Origin: Candidatus Nomurabacteria bacterium
GTDB lineage: Bacteria; Patescibacteriota; Minisyncoccia; Phycocordibacterales; UBA9973
Direction: 5' to 3'
NCBI GenBank assembly: GCA_020846955.1
Contig: JADLCZ010000023.1
Coordinates: 1 to 27,933, forward strand
DNA length: 27,933 nt
Of this stretch, positions 16,061-24,017 are shown one piece after another (position 1 is the first letter of the stretch; each line of letters begins with the position of its first letter). A program made the position numbers and the translations under genes. The notes below the pieces were generated by a model, which was not told the DNA's origin, did no database searches, and saw only the letters and a program-made list of their open reading frames with translations.

Positions 16061-17326
16061 ATGATAAAAGAAAAAAATAAACAACTAGTATTTGTAGGAG
16101 TCCCCCCGAAGGAAAGAATACTTCCTACGGGGCAGGCTGGCGGAGATAAACCTCTAGTTTTTGTTGGTGTGTCTGGAGGTGTCGATAGTTCCGTATCGTT
16201 AGCGTTACTTAAAGACGCCGGATACGATGTTGTAGGAGTCTTTATACGTACATGGACACCTAATTTTATAGAGTGTACATGGCGTGATGAGCGACGTGAT
16301 GCTATGCGTGTATGTGCACACCTAGATGTGCCATTTCTTGAATGCGATGCTGAAGAGGCCTACAAGAAAGGTGTAGCCGACTACATGATAGATGAATACA
16401 AAAAAGGCAACGTACCGAATCCTGATGTAATGTGCAATCGCGAAGTGAAATTCGGGATATTCTGGCAGTTTGCCAAAGAGCGTGGTGCAGATTTTATCGC
16501 TACTGGCCACTATGTGCAAAATATGTATAACTTCTCAGAAAAATATCTTTCCAAGCCCACTCGGTCTCTCCTGCGGAGACCTCGCTTAGTCCTCGACGCT
16601 TCGTTGTCAAGAGAAGTACTCTTGACAACACCAAGCTTCGCACCTGCGGAGGCTATGAAAGATAATTTTCTGATGCGTTCACCTGACCCCTCGAAAGATC
16701 AATCATATTTCCTTTGGACTTTGACACAGGAAGATTTAGCCCATACACTTTTCCCAATTGGGTATTTGCACAAAACCGAAGTTCGTAAATTAGCAGAGAA
16801 ATATAAATTACCTACAGCTACAAAAAAAGATAGCCAAGGAGTGTGTTTCTTAGGTCCACTTGATATGAAAGATTTCCTAAAGCATTATATTGAAAGTAAA
16901 TCAGGTGATGTTGTGGATACAAATGGCAAAGTAATTGGCAATCACGACGGTGCAATATTTTTTACTCTTGGAGAGCGACATGGATTTAATATTACAGAGA
17001 AAGGTACGACAGATGAGCCGTATTATGTAGTGGCAAAAAATATAGAGAAAAACATTTTAATAGTATCTCATAATAAAAATGAGTATCAAAAAAATAATAA
17101 TGAAATAGAATTGGAAAAAGTAGTGACAAGAGGGGAATTGGGAATAGGTAAAAAGTACACTGCCCAAATCCGTTACCACGGTGAAAATTTGCCGATAATA
17201 ATTGTATCTCATACGAAAGATAAATTAACTATTAAATTTGAAAAATCTGACCCGACAGCCTCAAGCGGACAATCAGTGGTAATCTATGATGGTGATATAT
17301 GCCTTGCAGGTGGGGTAATTGTATAG
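16061..17326 (+). CDS. mnmA: tRNA-specific 2-thiouridylase MnmA with two insertions
   Basis: SGGVDSS, NPDVMCN, ATGHY, KDQSYFL, KKDSQGVCF, QIRYH and GQSVVIY motifs. Confidence 0.96.
   Translation: MIKEKNKQLVFVGVPPKERILPTGQAGGDKPLVFVGVSGGVDSSVSLALLKDAGYDVVGVFIRTWTPNFIECTWRDERRDAMRVCAHLDVPFLECDAEEAYKKGVADYMIDEYKKGNVPNPDVMCNREVKFGIFWQFAKERGADFIATGHYVQNMYNFSEKYLSKPTRSLLRRPRLVLDASLSREVLLTTPSFAPAEAMKDNFLMRSPDPSKDQSYFLWTLTQEDLAHTLFPIGYLHKTEVRKLAEKYKLPTATKKDSQGVCFLGPLDMKDFLKHYIESKSGDVVDTNGKVIGNHDGAIFFTLGERHGFNITEKGTTDEPYYVVAKNIEKNILIVSHNKNEYQKNNNEIELEKVVTRGELGIGKKYTAQIRYHGENLPIIIVSHTKDKLTIKFEKSDPTASSGQSVVIYDGDICLAGGVIV
16104..16132. repeat. CCCCG(T/A)AG...CTACGGGG hairpin inside the 5' end of mnmA
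   Basis: CCCCGAAGGAA / TTCCTACGGGG arms with one mismatch and a 7-nt loop, between two imperfect copies of the LVFVGV codons. Confidence 0.65.
16535..16673. mobile_element. MITE-like structured insertion, in frame in mnmA
   Basis: Terminal inverted repeats 16535-16557 and 16651-16673 (23 bp, 3 mismatches). Internal hairpins GGTCTC/GAGACC (16563-16581) and GTTGTCAAGAG/CTCTTGACAAC (16603-16629). About 40 extra residues lie between ATGHY and KDQSYFL. Confidence 0.7.
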
Positions 17327-17338
17327 CATAATTATATA

Positions 17339-19096
17339 ATGGAAGCTCAAACAAAAAATTGCCAGAATTGTAAACAAGATTTCATCATAGAGTCAGAGGA
17401 TTTTAATTTTTACGAGAAAATCAAAGTTCCAACACCAACATTTTGTCCTGATTGTAGATTACAAAGGAGGATGTCTTGGCGCAACGAACGCTCACTTCAT
17501 AAAATGAAATGTTGCGTGCCTGGTCATAATGAAGATATTATTACAATGTATGATCCTGAAAAACCATACATTGTATATGATAATAAATATTGGTGGAGTG
17601 ATGAATGGGATCCTTGTGATTATGGTGCTGAATACGATTTTTCAAAATCATTTTTTATTCAATTTTCAGATTTATCACACAAAGTCCCTCAGGCTGCACT
17701 TTCAACACTAAATTCTATTAATAGTGAATATACCAATTATGTAGATGGTAATAAGAATTGTTACTTAATATTTGGTTCAGGTTGGAATGAAAATATTAGA
17801 TATGGAAATAAATTATTTTCATGTAAAGATTCTCAAGATTTACTAAATTGTACAAAATGTGAGCTTTCATATGAATGCGAGTCCTGCGCAGAATCTCATA
17901 GACTCTTTTATAGTCGGAATTCAAAGAATTGCACTGATTCATATTTGTTATATAACTGTAGAAATTGCATGAATTGTTTCGGATGTTCAAATTTAGTTAG
18001 TAAGTCATATTGTATATGGAATAAACAGTATGAGAAACAAGGGTATTTTGATGAATTAGAAAGATTAGGAATAAAATCCTACAAAAATTTGATTTCTTTA
18101 AAAGAAAAATTTATCAATGAAGTGTATCTTTCCTCTATTCACCGTTACGCAAATATTTTGAATTCAACAGATTGTACTGGTAATAATATTATTCATTCAA
18201 AAAACTGCAAAAATTGTTATGACATATGGCAAAATGCAGAAGATTCAAAATATTTGTACGCATCATTAGACATAAAGGATTCATATGATGGGATTGGAGT
18301 ATTTAAAAATGAACTTTCATATGAAAATGTAGACTGCAACATAGGTAGCAAGAATTTTGCTACTATAGTTGTGTACGATTCAAATAATATAGAATATTCT
18401 ATAAATTGTCATAATTGTAAATATTGTTTTGGTTGTACTGGCATTAGAAATAAACAATATTGTATATTAAATAAACAATACACTAAAGAGGAATATATTG
18501 AATTACTACCAAAAATAAAAGAACATATGGGTTTATTGCCATACATAGACAAAGTAGGCAGAGTATATAAATACGGTGAATTTTTTCCTGTTGACCTTTC
18601 TTGTTTTGGATATAATGAAACAATAGCTCAGGAATATTTTCCACTCACATTTGATGAAAATTTAAAATTTGGTTTTACTTGGAAAAAAAATATAGAAAGA
18701 AATTATAAAATTGATATAAAAGCTACAGACTTACCTGATTCAATTAATGATATAAATTTATTATTAAATAAAACAATAGAGTGTGAACATTTTCAAGATA
18801 AAACGCATGATTGTGACTGTGAATTTGCTTGTACAGAGGCTTATAAAATAACAGAAGAAGATATTAGTTTTCATAATAGATTGAAGATACCATTACCTAG
18901 GATGTGTCCAAATTGTAGACATTATTCAAGGCTTAAACAAAGAACACCGCTTAAATTGTGGCACAGAACCTGCATGTGCGATAAAGAAAATCACGAACAT
19001 ATAGGTGTTTGTACAAATGAATTCGAGACTTCTTATTCACCTGAAAGGCCTGAGATTATTTATTGTGAGAAATGTTATCAAGCCGAAGTTATGTAG
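17339..19096 (+). CDS. Large Cys-rich protein of unknown function (CPR-type zinc-ribbon/Cys-repeat family), paralog 1
   Basis: N-terminal CQNC...PTFCPDCR..RR...RNER, internal CxxC repeats, and C-terminal CPNCRH...KLWHRTCMC...FETSY...YCEKCYQAEV. Confidence 0.8.
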   Translation: MEAQTKNCQNCKQDFIIESEDFNFYEKIKVPTPTFCPDCRLQRRMSWRNERSLHKMKCCVPGHNEDIITMYDPEKPYIVYDNKYWWSDEWDPCDYGAEYDFSKSFFIQFSDLSHKVPQAALSTLNSINSEYTNYVDGNKNCYLIFGSGWNENIRYGNKLFSCKDSQDLLNCTKCELSYECESCAESHRLFYSRNSKNCTDSYLLYNCRNCMNCFGCSNLVSKSYCIWNKQYEKQGYFDELERLGIKSYKNLISLKEKFINEVYLSSIHRYANILNSTDCTGNNIIHSKNCKNCYDIWQNAEDSKYLYASLDIKDSYDGIGVFKNELSYENVDCNIGSKNFATIVVYDSNNIEYSINCHNCKYCFGCTGIRNKQYCILNKQYTKEEYIELLPKIKEHMGLLPYIDKVGRVYKYGEFFPVDLSCFGYNETIAQEYFPLTFDENLKFGFTWKKNIERNYKIDIKATDLPDSINDINLLLNKTIECEHFQDKTHDCDCEFACTEAYKITEEDISFHNRLKIPLPRMCPNCRHYSRLKQRTPLKLWHRTCMCDKENHEHIGVCTNEFETSYSPERPEIIYCEKCYQAEVM

Positions 19097-19102
19097 TGGT
19101 AA

Positions 19103-19128
19103 CACTTTTTGACGATCGTCAAAAAGTG
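19103..19128. repeat. Perfect 26-bp palindrome centred on CGATCG
   Basis: CACTTTTTGACGA / TCGTCAAAAAGTG, starting 6 nt after the paralog 1 stop. Confidence 0.85.
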
Positions 19129-19167
19129 AGTAGGTTAAATTTATTAACAACAAGCAGTCATATATTT

Positions 19168-20931
19168 ATGGAAATAAAAACACATTTAAATAATTCAGTG
19201 CAAGTCTGTCAAAATTGTAAAAATGAGTTTAATATTACACAGGATGATTTTTCTTTTTATTCAAAAATTGATGTGCCTGCTCCCACATTTTGTTTTGATT
19301 GCCGTGCACAAAGAAGAATGATGTTCCGTAACGAGCGTGTGATGTATAAGCGGACAAATAATGCTCCTAATAAAAATAATGAACAAATTATTTCCATTCA
19401 CAATCCAGAAGCAGATGTAACTGTATATGATGACAGAACCTGGTGGAGTGACGCTTGGGATCCTATGGACTATGGTTTTGAGTATGATTTTTCTAAAACA
19501 TTTTTTCAACAGTTTAAACAATTGTATAGATCTGTGCCATTGATAAGTTTATCAGTGACAAATAATATGAACTGTACTTATTGTAATGTTTCTGAAGGCG
19601 ACAAGGTTTGTCATATGCTTTCTGGTTCAGAACACAACGAAGATACAATATACGGCAATAGAGTTGTAGAAAATAAACAATCAGGTGATCTATATATTGC
19701 ATTTCAAAATGAAGCTTGTTACGAGTTAACTAATTGCACAAAATGTTTTAAAACTTTGTATTCTATGAATTCCCAGGAGTGCTCAGATTCCTATTTTCTT
19801 ATGAATTGCAAGAACTGTATTGATTGTATTGGATGTATTAATCTTAGAAGTAAATCTAGGTGTATTTTTAATCAACAATATACAAAAGAGGAGTACGATA
19901 AATTAAAAAAGGAATTTAATTTAAATACAATAGATGGGGTTAGGAAATTTAAAGAGATGTTTGATGAATTTTCTAAAACCCAATTTTTTAGATATGCCAA
20001 TAATGTTAAATCTGAAGGTTCAACCGGGGATAATCTTGTAGGAGTTGCAAAATCACAAAATATTTTTGATTTCCAGGAAGCAGAAAATATAAAAAATTGT
20101 TTTTGGGGACTAAGAATGAAGGATTCCCAGGACGCAGGTCCGGGTGTGGGAATGGGATCAGAGCTTGTATATGATGTTGTTGATCAAATGGGAGGGCATG
20201 ATGTCTGTTTTACAAGTGTAGTTTACCACTCATTTAACGTAAAGTATTCTATCAATTGTCATTCCTCTACAAATTTATTTGGGTGCTATGGTTTACGTAC
20301 AAAAGAATATTGTATTTTCAATCGCCAATATTCTAAAAAAGAATATGAGGAATTGGTGCCAAAAATAATTGCCCATATGAAAGAAATGCCCTATGTAGAT
20401 AGTAAGGGTAGGATTTTCTCGTATGGTGAATTTTTCCCTTATGATATTTCACCATTTGCTTACAATGAGACAATTGCACAAGAATATTTTCCAATTTCTA
20501 AAGAGCAAGCTATTGATAAAGGATTTGAGTGGTATGAAAGAGAAGAGAGGAATTACCAAACAACAATAAAAAGTGGACAGATTCCTCAAACGATAGATGA
20601 AGTACAAGATACTTTTATAAATGAAATAATAGAATGCTCTGGAGGTGGTAATGCTGTCCGACAGTGTACCCAAGCATTTAAAATAATACCACAAGAATTA
20701 GAGTTATATAGAAAATTAAATGTTCCATTACCAGAGTTTTGTTATAATTGTCGGCACTATAATCGTCTACAAAAACGAAATCCTATGAAATTGTGGCATA
20801 GAGCTTGCATGTGTGATAGAGATAATCATGAACACCAGGGAAAGTGCCAGAATGAATTCGAGACGAGCTATGCTCCAAATCGGGAAGAAATTATTTTTTG
20901 TGAGAAGTGCTACCAAGCAGAAGTTATGTAG
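19168..20931 (+). CDS. Large Cys-rich protein of unknown function, paralog 2
   Basis: Same architecture as 17339-19096 and the same C-terminus, CEKCYQAEVM. Start moved to ATG 19168, because the longer ORF overlaps paralog 1 and runs through the palindrome. Confidence 0.8.
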   Translation: MEIKTHLNNSVQVCQNCKNEFNITQDDFSFYSKIDVPAPTFCFDCRAQRRMMFRNERVMYKRTNNAPNKNNEQIISIHNPEADVTVYDDRTWWSDAWDPMDYGFEYDFSKTFFQQFKQLYRSVPLISLSVTNNMNCTYCNVSEGDKVCHMLSGSEHNEDTIYGNRVVENKQSGDLYIAFQNEACYELTNCTKCFKTLYSMNSQECSDSYFLMNCKNCIDCIGCINLRSKSRCIFNQQYTKEEYDKLKKEFNLNTIDGVRKFKEMFDEFSKTQFFRYANNVKSEGSTGDNLVGVAKSQNIFDFQEAENIKNCFWGLRMKDSQDAGPGVGMGSELVYDVVDQMGGHDVCFTSVVYHSFNVKYSINCHSSTNLFGCYGLRTKEYCIFNRQYSKKEYEELVPKIIAHMKEMPYVDSKGRIFSYGEFFPYDISPFAYNETIAQEYFPISKEQAIDKGFEWYEREERNYQTTIKSGQIPQTIDEVQDTFINEIIECSGGGNAVRQCTQAFKIIPQELELYRKLNVPLPEFCYNCRHYNRLQKRNPMKLWHRACMCDRDNHEHQGKCQNEFETSYAPNREEIIFCEKCYQAEVM

Positions 20932-20934
20932 TGC

Positions 20935-20968
20935 TATACCATTTATCACGATCGTGAAAATGGGTATA
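20935..20968. repeat. Imperfect palindrome centred on CGATCG after paralog 2
   Basis: TATACCATTTA-TCACGATCGTGA-AAATGGGTATA, with a perfect 12-bp core at 20946-20957. Confidence 0.7.
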
Positions 20969-20988
20969 TATTTGAAATTTCAAATAAA

Positions 20989-21016
20989 TTGACTTTTTGG
21001 GGTGATATGGTAATAT
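20989..21016 (+). promoter_or_regulatory. Sigma70-type promoter
   Basis: TTGACT, 16 nt, TAATAT, with TG at 21008-21009. Confidence 0.5.
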
Positions 21017-21034
21017 TTAGAAAACTTAATAAGT

Positions 21035-21490
21035 ATGAAACAGAAAATAAAATTACTCACCTGGATAAGAACAAACTATCCAGAATTGTTTGAAGTATGT
21101 TTTTCTAACAAGAGACTAGATGGTACTAAAATTCTTGTCCCAGAAAATGAATCATTATCAAACACAGATTTTTTATCGGTTGTTAAAGCTGTAGGTATTT
21201 TTGAGGAAAAAATCCTAACCACCTATCTTACACAATTAATGCAAGGATTGCAGAATTTATTGGTAAATGAACCTGGTACTGAAAAATTCGAAGCTGAACT
21301 GAAAATTTGTGCTGAAGAAACTAAGGAGCATGAAAGAAGGAATGATAACTTTATGAAAACTTCCTTTTTTCCAGCATTAATCAGGGTTTATAATGATAAT
21401 GCATCAGATGATGACATTGTTCTAATCCAAGAGAGGTTTGTATCCTATGAAAAAATTCGTTTAGGAAATTTAAATGTTCACGCAAGTTAA
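21035..21490 (+). CDS. Hypothetical protein (151 aa), monocistronic
   Basis: Clean ORF between a promoter and a terminator. No motif recognised. Confidence 0.7.
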   Translation: MKQKIKLLTWIRTNYPELFEVCFSNKRLDGTKILVPENESLSNTDFLSVVKAVGIFEEKILTTYLTQLMQGLQNLLVNEPGTEKFEAELKICAEETKEHERRNDNFMKTSFFPALIRVYNDNASDDDIVLIQERFVSYEKIRLGNLNVHAS

Positions 21491-21512
21491 TAGTAAAAAT
21501 ATTCTAATAAAG

Positions 21513-21538
21513 ACGGAAGCTTCGGCTTCCGTTTTTTA
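21513..21538 (+). terminator. Intrinsic terminator with a C(UUCG)G tetraloop
   Basis: ACGGAAGC-TTCG-GCTTCCGT followed by a T run. Confidence 0.9.
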
Positions 21539-21576
21539 TATGCTTAATTAGTGTTTATTTTGTAAATCTATGATAT

Positions 21577-21619
21577 CCCCGTAGTAGAATTTTGCAGAAA
21601 TTTCACTACGGGGTATAAT
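21577..21619 (+). promoter_or_regulatory. Promoter of the MgtC-family gene, overlapped by a CCCCGTAGT/ACTACGGGG inverted repeat
   Basis: 9-bp arms at 21577-21585 and 21605-21613 bracket TTGCAG (21592-21597). TATAAT at 21614-21619 lies 6 nt before the ATG. Confidence 0.6.
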
Positions 21620-21625
21620 TGAAGT

Positions 21626-22105
21626 ATGACAAATTTTTTTGATGCACAGACAGTAGATATTATTATTCGTTTAGGTATGGCATTGGTTTTCGGTATGTTT
21701 ATTGGTACAGAGCGAATTCTTGCTCACAAGACTGCAGGTATGCGGACTTACGCGCTTGTGGCCATGGGTTCTGCATTATTTATAATTATTTCTATTATTG
21801 TAACAAGTAGTTTCTCTGATAAAACTGTATTTGATCCAATGCGAGTAGCTGCTCAGATTATTTCTGCAGCTGGATTTATATGTGCTGGGCTTGTATTTGT
21901 ACGTAAAGACGGTATTACAGGATTGACATCATCTGCTGGATTGTGGGTCTCTGTTGGTATTGGAATGGCATGTGGATTCGGATTATTCAAATTGGCATTG
22001 ATTGGAACTATCTTTACACTATTTATTTTTATAGTTCTGTGGTTTGTGGAAGCAAGTTTCAAAAAATCTAAATTTTTTAGACAAATTGATAATCAAAAGG
22101 ACTAA
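21626..22105 (+). CDS. MgtC/SapB family membrane protein
   Basis: IGTER...AGMRTYALV...DPMRVAAQIISAAGFICAG...GLTSSAGLWVSVGIGMACG. Confidence 0.92.
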   Translation: MTNFFDAQTVDIIIRLGMALVFGMFIGTERILAHKTAGMRTYALVAMGSALFIIISIIVTSSFSDKTVFDPMRVAAQIISAAGFICAGLVFVRKDGITGLTSSAGLWVSVGIGMACGFGLFKLALIGTIFTLFIFIVLWFVEASFKKSKFFRQIDNQKD

Positions 22106-22126
22106 ATAGCCTACATACATATTTTC

Positions 22127-22135
22127 TGCTATATT
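22127..22135 (+). promoter_or_regulatory. Extended -10 promoter of alaS
   Basis: TG-C-TATATT, 8 nt before ATG 22144. Confidence 0.45.
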
Positions 22136-22143
22136 AAACATAT

Positions 22144-23904
22144 ATGAAATCTGACGAAATCAGGCAAAGGTTTTTAAAATTTTTCGAATCTCGTGGGCAC
22201 AAAATCTTGCCTTCGGCTCCGCTTGTACCTGAAAATGATCCTTCGGTGCTTTTTAACACTGCCGGTATGCAACCATTGGTACCGTATTTGATGGGCCAAA
22301 AACACCCAATGGGTTCACGATTGGCTAATATACAAAAATGTGTGCGTACGGGCGATTTAGACGATATTGGTGATAATCGTCACTTTTCTTTTTTTGAAAT
22401 GATGGGGAATTGGTCTCTTGGAGATTATTTTAAAGAAGAGGCGATTAAATGGAGTTATGAATTTTTGACCTCAAAAGAAGAAGGTCTTGGTCTTGATCCA
22501 AAGCGATTATACACTACTGTTTTTGAAGGTGATGAAAATGCACCTTTTGATCAAGAGTCAAAAGATATTTGGATGAATGTTGGTATTCCAGAAAATAGAA
22601 TTTACGCACTACCTGCAGATGATAATTGGTGGAGTCCAGGTGAAAATGGCCCTTGTGGTCCATGTAGCGAAATGTTTTATGATATGAGTGGTACCACCGG
22701 TGATCTTTCTAAGGAGGAATTTATTGATGCAGTAAACAAAGAATCTGTGATTGAAATTTGGAATGATGTATTCATGGAATACGAAAAAAAAGATGGCAAG
22801 GTTATTGGAAAGCTTGCGCAAGAAAATGTAGATACTGGGGCAGGTTTGGAGCGTATCACTGCAGTCATGCAAGGCAAACAAACTGCATACGATACTGATA
22901 TTTTATCTGATGTGATAAATAAAATCTCTGAGCTATCTGAGTTAAAGGAAATTAATTCTGAAACAACTAGATTAAAGAGAATTATTGCAGATCACTTAAG
23001 AACATCAATAATGCTTATTGCTGATGGGGTTTTGCCTTTAAGTACAGGGCAGGGATATATATTAAGAAGGCTATTAAGAAGAGCAATACGTTGCGGGCAT
23101 GCTCTAACTTTTAATAATTCCAGAGTGAGAGAAATATTTAATATTTTAGAGGAAAAATATTCTCTGACTTATCCAAATATTGTGTCAGAAAAAGAAAAAA
23201 TAATATTTGAAATGACCAAAGAATACGAGAAATTCATTAAAACATTATCTCAAGGATTGAAGGAACTTGAAAAGGGTACTGACCCCTTTGTTTTAGCTAC
23301 CACTTATGGCTTTCCTATTGAATTAACAATGGAAGAATACAATAAAAAAGGACAGGCAGTTGATTTGGAAGATTTTAGTAAGAAAATGACTGAACACCAG
23401 AAACTCTCACAAACTGCATCTGCAGGAATGTTCAAAGGTGGGCTTGCAAATCACAATGAAAAGACTATTCAATTGCACACCGCACACCATTTATTGCTTG
23501 CAGCACTTCAGGAAGTTCTGGGTAAAAGCGTGAAGCAGAGAGGAAGTAATATTACAGAAGAGCGTTTGCGTATCGACTTCAAGTTTGAGCGTAAAATGAC
23601 CGATGAAGAGAAGAAGAAAGTTGAAGACCTAGTAAATGAGAAGATAAAGCTTGGCTTGAGTGTAATTCGTCGCGAAATGCCATTGCAAGATGCGCAAAAT
23701 TTGGGTGCAGAGATGGAATTCGGCGCCAAGTATCCTGAGATTGTCTCTGTCTATACTATTGAAGATGAAAATGGCAATCAATTTTCAAAAGAATTCTGTG
23801 GAGGACCGCACGTAAACAATACAAATGAGCTCGGGCATTTCAAAATTCAAAAAGAAGAAGCAGTTTCTGCTGGAGTTCGCCGAATAAAAGCAGTGTTAGT
23901 ATAA
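22144..23904 (+). CDS. alaS: Alanine--tRNA ligase, short form
   Basis: NTAGMQP, QKCVR, FFEMMGNWS, GPCGPCSE, DTGAGLER and YILRRLLRR, plus the editing domain HTAHH / FCGGPHV / GVRRI. The protein ends before a C-Ala domain. Confidence 0.96.
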   Translation: MKSDEIRQRFLKFFESRGHKILPSAPLVPENDPSVLFNTAGMQPLVPYLMGQKHPMGSRLANIQKCVRTGDLDDIGDNRHFSFFEMMGNWSLGDYFKEEAIKWSYEFLTSKEEGLGLDPKRLYTTVFEGDENAPFDQESKDIWMNVGIPENRIYALPADDNWWSPGENGPCGPCSEMFYDMSGTTGDLSKEEFIDAVNKESVIEIWNDVFMEYEKKDGKVIGKLAQENVDTGAGLERITAVMQGKQTAYDTDILSDVINKISELSELKEINSETTRLKRIIADHLRTSIMLIADGVLPLSTGQGYILRRLLRRAIRCGHALTFNNSRVREIFNILEEKYSLTYPNIVSEKEKIIFEMTKEYEKFIKTLSQGLKELEKGTDPFVLATTYGFPIELTMEEYNKKGQAVDLEDFSKKMTEHQKLSQTASAGMFKGGLANHNEKTIQLHTAHHLLLAALQEVLGKSVKQRGSNITEERLRIDFKFERKMTDEEKKKVEDLVNEKIKLGLSVIRREMPLQDAQNLGAEMEFGAKYPEIVSVYTIEDENGNQFSKEFCGGPHVNNTNELGHFKIQKEEAVSAGVRRIKAVLV

Positions 23905-23999
23905 GGAGGAAGTATAAGTATAAGGAAAAATAAATTTAGAATAATATTTTTTAATGAATTGTAGTTTCCTTATACTATTTCCTTATACTTATACTAATT
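23898..23999. repeat. Inverted-repeat element of the GTATAAG family
   Basis: AGTATAAGTATAAGGAAA (23911-23928) and TTTCCTTATACTTATACT (23978-23995) form a perfect 18-bp inverted repeat. Extra GTATAAGG and CCTTATAC units lie on each side. Confidence 0.85.
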
Positions 24000-24001
24000 T
24001 A

Positions 24002-24010
24002 TGATATAAT
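24002..24010 (+). promoter_or_regulatory. Extended -10 promoter
   Basis: TG-A-TATAAT, 7 nt before ATG 24018. Confidence 0.6.
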
Positions 24011-24017
24011 AAAACAT

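Noticed and set aside
19072-19167. ORF-track N-terminal extensions for Cys-rich paralog 2 (and similarly typA 8556-8606 and ORF 25183-25209)
   Set aside because: They overlap upstream genes or regulatory DNA, and the downstream ATGs match the expected N-termini.
20654-20664. CTGTC-C-GACAG mini-palindrome with the REP core inside Cys-rich paralog 2
   Set aside because: The arms are only 5 bp and do not match the other families beyond the core, so chance is a sufficient explanation.
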